Position numbers and translations under genes: made by a program
Notes under the pieces: generated by a model
Databases searched by the model: none
Seen by the model: only the letters and a program-made list of their open reading frames with translations
What the model was told of the DNA's origin: nothing
Assembly: GCA_001872545.1 (NCBI GenBank)
Contig: MNWN01000018.1
Coordinates: forward strand, 1 to 51,617
Length of the DNA stretch: 51,617 bases
Source of the DNA: Parcubacteria group bacterium CG1_02_58_44
GTDB lineage: Bacteria > Patescibacteriota > Patescibacteriia > SG8-24
Direction of reading: 5' to 3'
Shown: one piece after another, positions 17,228 to 26,529 of the stretch
Numbering within the stretch: the stretch's first letter is position 1
Layout of the letters: each line of letters opens with the position of its first letter

Positions 17228-18748
17228 ATGATCGAATCGGACCGACAAAAATTGCAAGACCTCTCCCGCCGATCGCAGCTCGGTTTTTTGGCGACGGTGC
17301 GGGAGCGCCTGCCGAGGTCGGAGTGGTTCCTGGTCGGCGGGGCAGTACGTGACGCGCTACTGGGTCGGATCGACGGAGCACAGGACCTGGATTTGGTGGT
17401 TCGGGGCGTGGGACTTGATGAGCTAACGGCGGTACTCGAGGGGATGGGTCAGGTGGATGCGGTCGGCCGCAGTTTTGGCGTGCTGAAGTTCAGATCAGAT
17501 GGATCTGCCTCCGGTCAGCCGGCCATCGACATCGCCTGGCCACGCACCGAACGGGCCGGCGGCAGCGGAGCCTATCGTGACTTCGAGGTCAGTTTCGATC
17601 CTGACCTGCCGATCGAGGATGACCTGTCGCGTCGCGACTTCACTGTGAACGCCATGGCCTGGGATTTCGCGCATGAGGAGCTGATCGATCCGTTCTCCGG
17701 CCGAGACGATTTGGAACGTAAGCTCGTGCGGTCGGTCGAGGATCCGGATGCCCGGCTGTCCGAGGACCTGTCGCGTGTGCTGCGGGCGATCAGGTTTGCC
17801 TGTCAGCTCGGCTTCGACATCGAGGAGCAGACTTGGGCGGCGTGCGTTCGGCTTGCTTCGAAGTTGAATGGTACTCATCAGGCCGACAACGGCGAGAATG
17901 TCCGCGTGGTTCCGTACGAGACCGTGGCCAAGGAACTGGTCATGTCGCTGAAGGCCGACGCATCGCGGGCCATGGGGCTGCTCCTGGACGGAGGTCTGGT
18001 GAAAGCGCTGCTACCCGAGCTCGGTCGGACGGTCGGTACCGAGCAGCCGATCGAGTACCACAGCGAGGGCGACGTCTGGACGCATACGATGCTGGCCCTG
18101 GAGCGGGCGACTTCGCCGGAGTTCGGACGGTTTTTCGACGGCGAGACGCCGACTGTCGAGACGCTTTTGGCCATCGTCCTGCATGACGTCGGCAAGCCCG
18201 GAACCATGAACTTCCACTCTGACGGACATATCAGCTTTCACGGCCATGACCTGATCGGTGCCGACTTGGCGCGCGGGCTCGTGGAGCGGCTGCGGCTGTC
18301 GAGCGCGGCCGGCGAGACGCTGCGGCCGGATCGGATCTGGTGGCTGGTGCGCTGGCACATGTTTCCGCTGCTGGTTGACCTCGATCACGTGCGCAAGACG
18401 CGGCTGGCGGCGCTGTTTCTGGACGACCCGGAAGCCGGCCGTCAGCTGCTGCAGCTTTCGTGCTGCGACCGGCTGGCTTCGATCTCCGAGGGAGGTGAAT
18501 CGAATCTGGACGGACTGATTCATCTGATGGACGAGCTGAAGGAGCTGGCCGGACGGTCGGCGAACCGGACCAGATGGCTGCTGTCGGGCGAAGAGGCCAT
18601 GGAGACGCTGGGGCTGGAGCCCGGGCCCGAGGTCGGCCGTCTGCTCGAGGAACTGCACGAGGCTCAGCTGTCCGGCGAGATCTACGACTCCGACGGGGCC
18701 AAGGACTGGCTGCTGCGGCAGCGGAAGGCGGAAAGGCGGAATGACTAA
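17228..18748 (+). CDS. cca: CCA tRNA nucleotidyltransferase with HD domain
   Basis: LVGGAVRD..DLDL, DLSRRDFTVNAMA, EDLSRVLRAIRF, YHSEGDVWTH and LHDVGK motifs. Confidence 0.88.
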   Translation: MIESDRQKLQDLSRRSQLGFLATVRERLPRSEWFLVGGAVRDALLGRIDGAQDLDLVVRGVGLDELTAVLEGMGQVDAVGRSFGVLKFRSDGSASGQPAIDIAWPRTERAGGSGAYRDFEVSFDPDLPIEDDLSRRDFTVNAMAWDFAHEELIDPFSGRDDLERKLVRSVEDPDARLSEDLSRVLRAIRFACQLGFDIEEQTWAACVRLASKLNGTHQADNGENVRVVPYETVAKELVMSLKADASRAMGLLLDGGLVKALLPELGRTVGTEQPIEYHSEGDVWTHTMLALERATSPEFGRFFDGETPTVETLLAIVLHDVGKPGTMNFHSDGHISFHGHDLIGADLARGLVERLRLSSAAGETLRPDRIWWLVRWHMFPLLVDLDHVRKTRLAALFLDDPEAGRQLLQLSCCDRLASISEGGESNLDGLIHLMDELKELAGRSANRTRWLLSGEEAMETLGLEPGPEVGRLLEELHEAQLSGEIYDSDGAKDWLLRQRKAERRND

Positions 18749-18844
18749 ACGTTGACGGTTGCGCTGACCGCCACCGCAAAAAATTTTCCGCACAAAACAA
18801 AATCGTCAGCGTCCGATTTGGATCGGCTGACGATTTTTCGTTTC

Positions 18845-19180
18845 CTACTTCTTGGCCTTGGGACTGCTCTCGAACATGGCCTTCACTCCGTCCCAGCTGC
18901 CCTTCAGCTCTGACCCCAGTTCGGTCAGCTCCTCCTCGGACAGGTCCTTGACTCCGCGGAATTCGGCGACCGTGGTGTCCACGATCTTGCCGTAGGCCGT
19001 CTTGGTCAGCTTGCCGACGCTCTTGGCGTGGGCCATTACCTTGCGGCGGATGCGGTCGGCCGCCTTGGCGATGGCCGCCTTCTTCTCGTCCTTGTGCTCC
19101 ATGCTCAGGACCAGGTGCGCGACCGCGCCCAGCACCGCTCCGGCGGCCAGTCCCTTGATCAGTCCGACGTGTTTGCTCAT
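18845..19180 (-). CDS. YtxH-like small protein
   Basis: GLAAGAVLGAVA N-terminal helix followed by a charged helical region. Confidence 0.6.
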   Translation of the reverse strand: MSKHVGLIKGLAAGAVLGAVAHLVLSMEHKDEKKAAIAKAADRIRRKVMAHAKSVGKLTKTAYGKIVDTTVAEFRGVKDLSEEELTELGSELKGSWDGVKAMFESSPKAKK

Positions 19181-19296
19181 ATGATTTTCGTTCCCGTGAG
19201 TTAGGTTCCGTCGTCAGTATAGCAGATCGGTCCGGTGTCGGCAGATAAGTCGAGACTGTTCGGACCAAAGAAAAGGACCGTCCGAGTGGGCGGTCT

Positions 19297-19845
19297 CTAG
19301 TTTAGCTGATCATTTCGAACCGTCGGGTTAACGTACGGCATATCCTCGTTCCAGTAGGCGGTCGGGTCGAGATAGTCCGGATATCTCTCCTGTAGCCATT
19401 GGGTCAGGTCGGCACGTGTCTCCTCGCGTTCTTCAGCGCTGATCGCACCTGTTGTCTTTCTCATCAGTAGGACAGGTTGACCCGTGACGCGGTCAAGTAT
19501 CAGGCCCCTCACCTGCGGATCGTCGTTCTCGCTCTCAATCACGAAGCGGCGCAGCAGTTCGAAGCCGATCAGCTTCGGGTATCGCGACTGCCTGATTGCC
19601 GACTTCGCTTCCGTTAGCAGGATGCGCGGTTGTCCTAACTGGTTGAAGCAGTACCGTACGGTCGGCGGTGACGATCCATTGGTGGATATCGTTTCTGACC
19701 GCCATCCTGACGGCAGGGTCAAGGTCGTCATTTCGCCGCTGGCCGACGTGTCTACCCCCAGATCGATGAGCCATTTGAACTCATCCTTGATCAGGGAAAT
19801 CCAAAACTTCCTCTCTTCGTCTTGGTATGTCAGCACTTCTCTCAT
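19297..19845 (-). CDS. Hypothetical protein, possibly phage-like
   Basis: ORF with LTLPSGW and WLQERYPDYLDPTAYW motifs; start set to ATG 19845. Confidence 0.55.
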   Translation of the reverse strand: MREVLTYQDEERKFWISLIKDEFKWLIDLGVDTSASGEMTTLTLPSGWRSETISTNGSSPPTVRYCFNQLGQPRILLTEAKSAIRQSRYPKLIGFELLRRFVIESENDDPQVRGLILDRVTGQPVLLMRKTTGAISAEEREETRADLTQWLQERYPDYLDPTAYWNEDMPYVNPTVRNDQLN

Positions 19846-19963
19846 TTCGCCTCCCACCGTTTAGACTGGCGGCTTTTGTATTTAATGTCAACAGTGGGGT
19901 CGGTGAGTCGGCTGATTCGAGTGGCTTGTTCGACTGCCGGTGCCGTCCTATACTGACCGCACT

Positions 19964-20284
19964 ATGGAATGCACCGAGATCGATCGCGAGACCGCCGAAC
20001 GCTACCTGGCCGACGCCCAACCGGCTTGGCGGTCGTTCTGGTTTCACACCTTTCTGATGGCCAGAAACTTGGAAGAGTTCGCGGCAGGTCTGGCGGAGAT
20101 CGACGACGGCGTATATGACTATCACGTTCAGGGTCACTCGCAAGACTTGTCGCGTTGGGTGCGCGAAGTGGCGGGCGACGGTGCGCTGGCCGACGCCATG
20201 GAGAAGGTGCACACTCGCTCCGAGGCGGCCGAGCTGGTGGCGATGCGGGTCAAGGAATTAAAGAAGGTCATCGGACTGAAGTGA
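19964..20284 (+). CDS. DUF5752-like small protein
   Basis: FWF...ARNLEEF...L..IDD.VY.YHV....DLSRWVREV.GD..LA pattern. Confidence 0.7.
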   Translation: MECTEIDRETAERYLADAQPAWRSFWFHTFLMARNLEEFAAGLAEIDDGVYDYHVQGHSQDLSRWVREVAGDGALADAMEKVHTRSEAAELVAMRVKELKKVIGLK

Positions 20285-20462
20285 TCGGTGACGACACTGC
20301 CGGCTACTTGACCGGAGCGTTGAAACCGTCTTCATGACGTTGTAAATTGTCACTGGCTGCGGAGCGGCGCAAGGTCCATCGGACCATTTTTGTTTAAGGC
20401 CGCTTCGGTCAGCCGTTTGAGAAAGGAACGCCCTCGGGCGGGCCGTAACCTACATTGGTTCT

Positions 20463-21041
20463 ATGGGCAAGGAGGTAGTGCTCGACATCGAAACATCGAA
20501 CAGCTTCGCCGACGTGGGCAAGTATGACCCGTCGCTCCTGAAGATTTCGCTCGTGGGAGTCTACTCCTACGCCACCGACCAGTATCTTTCATTTCTCGAA
20601 CCGGAGCTGTCCAAGCTGTGGCCGCTTCTGGAGTCGGCCGATCGGATCATCGGCTACAACCTGTTCGGTTTCGACTATCAGGTGATGAATACCTATTATC
20701 CCGGTGACTTCGCCGGCTTTCCGACGCTTGATGTCATGAAGGAGATCGAGAAGGCGATCGGTTTTCGGATCAAGCTCGACGATGTGGCCCAGGAGACATT
20801 AGGCGAGGGCAAGTCCGGCAACGGTCTGCAGGCTATCGAGTTCTTCCGGCGGGGCGAGATCGACAAGCTGCGCGACTACTGCCTGCAGGACGTCAAGGTG
20901 ACGAAGGAGGTGTATGAGTACGGTCTGCAGCACGGAAAGGTGAAGTTTCGCGATCGGGCCGGTCAGGTGGTCACTCCGTCGGTAGACTTTGCCCTGAACA
21001 GGGAGCTGTCGCGTCCGGTCAGCATGACCTTGCCGCTTTAG
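20463..21041 (+). CDS. RNase H-like (DEDD) exonuclease domain protein
   Basis: VLDIET, IIGYN..GFD, KLDDVAQETLG.GKSGNG and YCLQDVKVT motifs. Confidence 0.85.
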   Translation: MGKEVVLDIETSNSFADVGKYDPSLLKISLVGVYSYATDQYLSFLEPELSKLWPLLESADRIIGYNLFGFDYQVMNTYYPGDFAGFPTLDVMKEIEKAIGFRIKLDDVAQETLGEGKSGNGLQAIEFFRRGEIDKLRDYCLQDVKVTKEVYEYGLQHGKVKFRDRAGQVVTPSVDFALNRELSRPVSMTLPL

Positions 21042-21224
21042 ATCCTGTCCGAAGTTTTGCCTCTCGAACCGATTCGAGGTTTGTCGGCCCGCGATTAGAA
21101 GAGATGTCTCGGATTGAAGCGGTTAAGTCCTCGCTCCGTCTCGACTTCACATTTTGTCGCCCTTCGGTGTTTTCGTCGGGAACGAGATTCGAGCGTTCTC
21201 GGAAGGCAGACCTCAGACAGGCTC
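21041..21224. mobile_element. 184-bp MITE with IS5-type ends
   Basis: Imperfect TIRs GATCCTGTCCGAAGT.../...ACCTCAGACAGGCTC flanked by TTA on both sides (21038-21040, 21225-21227); right end shares AGACAGGCTC with the IS5 end at 239-248. Confidence 0.7.
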
Positions 21225-21497
21225 TTAGCCGGGCAGTCGGATCCGACGTAGGATCTTTCGTATGAAATCGAGTATAGTGTTGTACGAGTCAGATCGGGCT
21301 GTGGACTAAGTCCACCAGACGATCGAATTCAGACAAGCAAACGTTCTTTTGGTATGTCGTGGAGGGGAGAAAAATCGGACATTGTCCGTTTTTTAGGTGC
21401 CCCCCTCCGTCGGTTTTGTACGGTGGGGTTTTTAGTTAGGCGGACACAGTTCCGTTGAACTTTCGAGGCAAATTGCCGTACCGCTGTCCACACTAGG

Positions 21498-21546
21498 CCA
21501 CAAGATGTTGTGGTATAATCTCTTCGGTCAACACTACATATTGTAA
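21498..21546 (+). promoter_or_regulatory. Tandem NrdR boxes overlapping the nrdJ promoter
   Basis: CCACAAGATGTTGTGG (21498-21513) and ACACTACATATTGTAA (21531-21546), 33 bp apart; extended -10 TGGTATAAT at 21511-21519. Confidence 0.8.
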
Positions 21547-21576
21547 AATGCGCCAAGGCGCTAGTTATCATGCCTT

Positions 21577-24500
21577 ATGATGAATCCAGTTCCGAACGCC
21601 ACCTCTACCGCTGACCGCCGTACGGAGGAGAGTCGGCGCGTGGTCTCCGCTATATTGGAACAGATCCCCGGGCTGCAGAAGGTAAAACAAGTCCGGCAGC
21701 GGGACGGCTCAGCGGTAGACTTTAGGCCGGAACAGGTTGGAATGGCGCTGTCGGCGGCTCTGACTCGGGTCGGCATTGACGACCAGATGGCGCTGGCCAA
21801 ATGCACTCACCAGTCGCTGATGCGGCTGGAGCGGGAGTTCGACGAACGTACCATTCCGACTACCGACGACATTAGTCGGATCGTGGGTACGGTTTTGATA
21901 GACAACAATCTTTCCTTCGCGGCCAAGAAGTACTTCGCGGCCATGCTGCCGGAACGCAGCCGTCAGCCACAGAGGCTGAGCGCCGGGTTGAAGTTCAGTC
22001 GGCTGTTCACCAGGGCAGAGGTCCATCCCTACGATCAGGTCGAATGGGAAAGGAGGGATGCGGTCATCAAGAACGAGAAGGGACAGACGGTTTTCGAACA
22101 GCGTGGAGTCGAGGTCCCCAAATCTTGGAGCCAGTCCGCGACCAATATCGTGACGTCGAAGTATTTCCGCGGCGAGATCGGCAAGCCGGAACGGGAATAT
22201 TCGGTCCGGCAGATGGTCGATCGGGTGGCTCAGACCATCGCCCATTGGGGGCGTCAGGACGGATATTTTGCGTCCGAGGAGGATGCGACCGTTTTCGAGG
22301 CGGAGCTGACGTCCATACTCGTCAACCAGCGAGCGGCCTTCAACAGTCCGGTCTGGTTTAACGTCGGCGTCAGTCCGCGGCCGCAGTGCTCGGCCTGCTT
22401 CATCAACTCGGTACGTGACGACATGCGCTCGATCCTTAACTTGGCCGTGACCGAAGGAATGCTCTTCAAGTACGGCTCCGGCACCGGCACCAACCTGTCG
22501 TCGCTGCGTTCCTCCAAGGAGCTGCTGGCCAACTCGTCCGGCAAGTCGTCCGGTCCGGTCTCGTTCATGAAGGGCTTTGACGCCTTCGCCGGCGTCATCA
22601 AGTCCGGCGGCAAGACCCGGCGGGCGGCCAAGATGGTCATTTTGAACGTCGACCATCCGGACATCGAGGATTTCGTCGAATGCAAGATCAGGGAGGAGCG
22701 CAAGGCCAAGCAGCTGATCAAGGCCGGGTACGACGCCTCGATGGACGGCGACGCCTACAGCTCCGTATTCTTCCAGAACGCCAACAACAGCGTGCGGGTC
22801 ACGGACGACTTCATGGGCGCGGTGGTTGACGGTCACGAGTGGACCACCAGGGCGGTGACTACCGGACAGGTGATGGGCTCCATGCCGGCCAAGTCGTTAT
22901 TTCGCAAGATTTCGCAGGCGGCCTGGGAGTGCGGCGATCCGGGACTGCAGTTCGACTCCATGGCCAACCGCTGGAATCCGGTCCCGAATTCGGGACGAAT
23001 CAACGCTTCTAATCCATGCGTCACCGGCGACACGCTGGTGGCCACGTCTGATGGCTGGCGCCGCATCGACTCGCTGCTCGACGGACCAATGTCGACGATA
23101 GGATCCGATGGTCAGGCACACGGCACCGGACCGGCCTTCTCGACCGGAACCAAGCCGGTCTACCGGCTGACCACCAGGGCTGGCTTCGAACTCAAGCTGA
23201 CCGCCGATCATCGCGTCCTGACTTCGAACCGCGGTGACGTGCCGGCCTGCGAACTGACTAAAGATGACATGGTGCTGTTGGGGCGGCCGGGCTTCGGTTC
23301 GGCTGAACTGGACCAGAGGCTGGGTGAGTTCTTGGGGTTGCTCGTGGGCGATGGCTGCATCAGCGGCGAGCAACGGACGGCCGCATTGACGCTGTCGCCG
23401 GACGAGTCTGCCGTGGCCGAGCGGGTGCATGCCCGACTGACCGAGTATCGGCAGGAGAAGGCTGCCGATGGACGGGCGGCCCGCGAGACGGAGGTCACCA
23501 AACCCCAAGGTACTTTGCGGATCAACACCAGTGCCAAGTGCGTAACGGATGAGCTGGACCGGCTGGCCGTTCTAGACCGCGGCAGCCAAGCCAAGGAATT
23601 TATGCCGGATGTCTTCGATCTAGACGAAGGCTCGTTGGCCGCCGTGCTTCGTGGCCTGTTTACCGCCGATGGTACCGTCGCCAACTACGCAGACAAGTCG
23701 CAGTATGTAGGACTCGACAGCGTTTCGCTCGGTTTGCTGGGGCAGGTTCAGCTGCTGCTGATGGCGTTCGGAATCAAGTCGAATATCTATCGTGACCGGC
23801 GGGTCATCGGCCAGACCACGGCGCTGCTTCCTGACGGTCAGGGTGGCAGCAGGGAATACGAGGTCAGTCAGATTCACAGCCTACGCATCAGCTGCAGTTC
23901 GCGTCTGGCGTTCGAGAAGAGGATCGGTTTCGTTGCTGGGAGCGTCAAGGTCGACCGGCTGTCAGCGATGAACCGGGAGGTCGGAACTCATGAAGACCGG
24001 TTTGAGGACCAGGTCGAGTCTTTCGACTACCTAGGAGAGGAACCGGTCTACGATCTGACCGAACCGGACACTTCGCATTTTGTCGCCTCCGGCTTGGTGG
24101 TCCATAACTGCTCCGAATACATGTTCCTCGACGATTCGGCATGCAACCTGTCGTCCCTGAACCTCCTGAAGTTCGTCCGGTCCGACGGATCGTTCGATAC
24201 CGGGTCCTTCCGGCAGGCGTCCGAGGTGATGATCACGGCCATGGAGATACTGGTCGGCAACTCGTCGTATCCCACGCCGTCTATCGAGGAGAACAGCTAC
24301 GACTTTCGGGCGCTGGGCATCGGCTACGCCAACCTGGGTGCGCTGCTCATGTCGTACGGCTTGGCCTACGATTCCGACGACGGGCGTAACTTCGCCGCGG
24401 CTGTGACCGCGCTGCTGACCGCCTGCAGCTACCGGCAGTCGGCGCGCGTGGCTTCGGTCCTCGGTCCGTTCCGCTACTACCGCATGAACGAGGAGTCCTT

Positions 24501-25983
24501 CCTGCGCATCATCGGCATGCACCGCGACTATGCCCACGCCATCCGGCCGGCCGGCGTGTCCGGCGAGCTGGTCGATGAGGTAAAACGGAGTTGGGACGCC
24601 GCACTCGAGGAGGGGATGACGCACGGATTCAGGAACGCGCAGATATCGCTGCTGGCTCCGACCGGAACGATCGGCTTCCTGATGGACTGCGACACCACCG
24701 GCATCGAGCCGGACATCGCACTCGTCAAGTACAAGTGGCTGGTCGGCGGCGGCCTGATGAAGATCGTCAACGGCACCGTCAGACCGGCGTTGGTTCGGTT
24801 GGGCTACGGCGACGGACAGATCGTCGACATCATGAAGTTCCTGGACGAGAACGACACCATCGAGGGGGCGCCGCATCTCAAGGATGAGCACCTGTCGGTG
24901 TTCGACTGCGCCTTCCGACCGGCCAAGGGCCAGCGCTGCATCAATTACATGGGACACATCAGGATGATGTCCGCGGTCCAGCCGTTTCTGTCCGGCGCCA
25001 TTTCCAAGACGGTCAACCTGCCCAGCGAGGCCACTGTCGAGGACGTCGAGGACGCGTATCTCGAGGCCTGGCGGTTGGGACTCAAGTCCATTGCCGTCTA
25101 CCGCGACGGGTCCAAGGGTCAGCAGGTACTGACCACCTCGGTCGACCAGGACAGGAAAGTAAGCGGCGCCGAGGCGGCGCGCGAGCTGGCGGCGGCCAAC
25201 GAGGAGATCAACGGCCTCAGGAAGGATCTTGAGGCCGCGATGTCTAGGACCAGACTCGACCGTCGGCCCCTGCGTCGTCACTTGCCGGACGAGCGTCGGT
25301 CGGTGACGCATAAGTTCTCGATTGCCGGACATGAGGGCTACATTACGGTCGGACTGTACGACGACGGCACTCCGGGTGAGATGTTCATCCGCATGGCCAA
25401 GGGCGGTTCGGTGATCTCGGGCCTGATCGACGCCTTCGCCACTACGACCTCGATCGCCCTGCAGTACGGCGTACCCCTGAAAGTCCTGGTCAACAAGTTC
25501 GTGCATCTGAGGTTCGAACCGTCTGGCTTCACTTCCAACCCAAATATCCGTATCGCCAAGTCGATTGTCGACTACCTGTTCCGCTGGCTGGCGCTGAAGT
25601 TCCTGCCTCTCGAGGATCAGATGGCGGTTGGGGTGAACATTGACGCGCCGATCTTGGCCGAGGCCGGACGTGAGGATGTCGAGGCTTCACTTGATACGGT
25701 GATGGACGACAGCAGCGTGCTGAACGGCGATCCGGTCGTGCCGTCCGCCAAGCAGATGAACATCGACGAGGGACGGAAGGGGAGCGGGGCTGCAGGGCCG
25801 TCTTCCGACAGTCGGTCTCCGGACGCATTGGCCGACCGGTCCGAGCCGTCGTCCAACTCGCTGACCATGGGCTTCGACATCCAGTCCGACGCCCCGCCCT
25901 GCGATACCTGCGGCGCGATCATGGTCAGGAACGGGGCGTGCTATAAGTGCCTGAACTGCGGGGGAACCAGCGGCTGCAGCTAG
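21577..25983 (+). CDS. nrdJ: Class II (adenosylcobalamin-dependent) ribonucleotide reductase with N-terminal ATP cone, intein and C-terminal TSCPD/zinc-ribbon region
   Basis: FNSPVWFN, QCSACFI, GGKTRRAAKM, NP[intein]CSE, APTGTI, GAISKTVN and CYKCLNCG motifs. Confidence 0.95.
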   Translation: MMNPVPNATSTADRRTEESRRVVSAILEQIPGLQKVKQVRQRDGSAVDFRPEQVGMALSAALTRVGIDDQMALAKCTHQSLMRLEREFDERTIPTTDDISRIVGTVLIDNNLSFAAKKYFAAMLPERSRQPQRLSAGLKFSRLFTRAEVHPYDQVEWERRDAVIKNEKGQTVFEQRGVEVPKSWSQSATNIVTSKYFRGEIGKPEREYSVRQMVDRVAQTIAHWGRQDGYFASEEDATVFEAELTSILVNQRAAFNSPVWFNVGVSPRPQCSACFINSVRDDMRSILNLAVTEGMLFKYGSGTGTNLSSLRSSKELLANSSGKSSGPVSFMKGFDAFAGVIKSGGKTRRAAKMVILNVDHPDIEDFVECKIREERKAKQLIKAGYDASMDGDAYSSVFFQNANNSVRVTDDFMGAVVDGHEWTTRAVTTGQVMGSMPAKSLFRKISQAAWECGDPGLQFDSMANRWNPVPNSGRINASNPCVTGDTLVATSDGWRRIDSLLDGPMSTIGSDGQAHGTGPAFSTGTKPVYRLTTRAGFELKLTADHRVLTSNRGDVPACELTKDDMVLLGRPGFGSAELDQRLGEFLGLLVGDGCISGEQRTAALTLSPDESAVAERVHARLTEYRQEKAADGRAARETEVTKPQGTLRINTSAKCVTDELDRLAVLDRGSQAKEFMPDVFDLDEGSLAAVLRGLFTADGTVANYADKSQYVGLDSVSLGLLGQVQLLLMAFGIKSNIYRDRRVIGQTTALLPDGQGGSREYEVSQIHSLRISCSSRLAFEKRIGFVAGSVKVDRLSAMNREVGTHEDRFEDQVESFDYLGEEPVYDLTEPDTSHFVASGLVVHNCSEYMFLDDSACNLSSLNLLKFVRSDGSFDTGSFRQASEVMITAMEILVGNSSYPTPSIEENSYDFRALGIGYANLGALLMSYGLAYDSDDGRNFAAAVTALLTACSYRQSARVASVLGPFRYYRMNEESFLRIIGMHRDYAHAIRPAGVSGELVDEVKRSWDAALEEGMTHGFRNAQISLLAPTGTIGFLMDCDTTGIEPDIALVKYKWLVGGGLMKIVNGTVRPALVRLGYGDGQIVDIMKFLDENDTIEGAPHLKDEHLSVFDCAFRPAKGQRCINYMGHIRMMSAVQPFLSGAISKTVNLPSEATVEDVEDAYLEAWRLGLKSIAVYRDGSKGQQVLTTSVDQDRKVSGAEAARELAAANEEINGLRKDLEAAMSRTRLDRRPLRRHLPDERRSVTHKFSIAGHEGYITVGLYDDGTPGEMFIRMAKGGSVISGLIDAFATTTSIALQYGVPLKVLVNKFVHLRFEPSGFTSNPNIRIAKSIVDYLFRWLALKFLPLEDQMAVGVNIDAPILAEAGREDVEASLDTVMDDSSVLNGDPVVPSAKQMNIDEGRKGSGAAGPSSDSRSPDALADRSEPSSNSLTMGFDIQSDAPPCDTCGAIMVRNGACYKCLNCGGTSGCS
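23017..24108 (+). mobile_element. Intein (364 aa, residues 481-844) with LAGLIDADG homing endonuclease
   Basis: Begins CVTGDTLV after NASNP and ends VVHN before CSEY; block B LTADHRV; motifs LGLLVGDG and LRGLFTADG. Confidence 0.95.
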
Positions 25984-25986
25984 ATC

Positions 25987-26109
25987 GCAGGCTCTGGACC
26001 GAGCGCACTGCATCCGGCTTCGTGGTCTGCTTGTTCAACGTACTTTTTCAGTACGTCTTACTTCACAAACCACTCCAGCCGGATACGTTGCATCTCGTCC
26101 AGAGCCTGC
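25987..26109. repeat. 123-bp long imperfect palindrome (MITE- or REP-like)
   Basis: Perfect 13-bp terminal IR GCAGGCTCTGGAC/GTCCAGAGCCTGC with nested stems ATCCGGCT/AGCCGGAT and ACGTACT/AGTACGT. Confidence 0.7.
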
Positions 26110-26275
26110 TTTTGGTTGGAAGCACTCCTTCCCATTATTAGAGAGGAGTGCATGTGGGGCGTCATTCCTCGAATGATCGTTTATTTTTAAGTCTCGTCAT
26201 CTGTTTTCCTGTCGTTTCGGCAACTCGACGGGTCCGGTCGGACGACCGGACCATCGTCTGGTCAGTCTCGTCGTG

Positions 26276-26315
26276 TCGGACTGAAGCGGTTCAGTCCTCG
26301 CTCCTCCTCGACTTC
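26276..26315 (+). repeat. 40-bp hairpin repeat shared with the MITE interior (21109-21148)
   Basis: 36/40 identical by manual alignment. Confidence 0.75.
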
Positions 26316-26362
26316 GGCAAGCGGCGGGGATCGATCGGATCAAAAAATGTAAAAAAGAGTAA

Positions 26363-26462
26363 TGTCGCCCCGGCCTCCGAGCCGGGGCCCAGAAGCAGAA
26401 AAGAGTTGAATTGATCCTGGATCCCGGATATTGCTCACCGCATTCGCAATTCCGGGATGACA
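26363..26462. repeat. GTC-tagged REP-like palindrome, same family as 4281-4608
   Basis: TGTCGCCCCGG...CCCAGAAGCAGAAAAGA...CTGGATCCCGGATA...ATTCCGGGATGACA. Confidence 0.75.
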
Positions 26463-26529
26463 AAAATAGTAACGTTCATGGGCTGTTTCTAGAACACACA
26501 AAAGCACAAGGTTTAAAAGTTACAAAATT

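Noticed and set aside
25984-26529. Cobalamin riboswitch upstream of cobO (also checked upstream of nrdJ)
   Set aside because: No recognisable B12-box or GGGAA...GCCACTG core; the structure is explained by repeat elements. An Rfam scan would be decisive.
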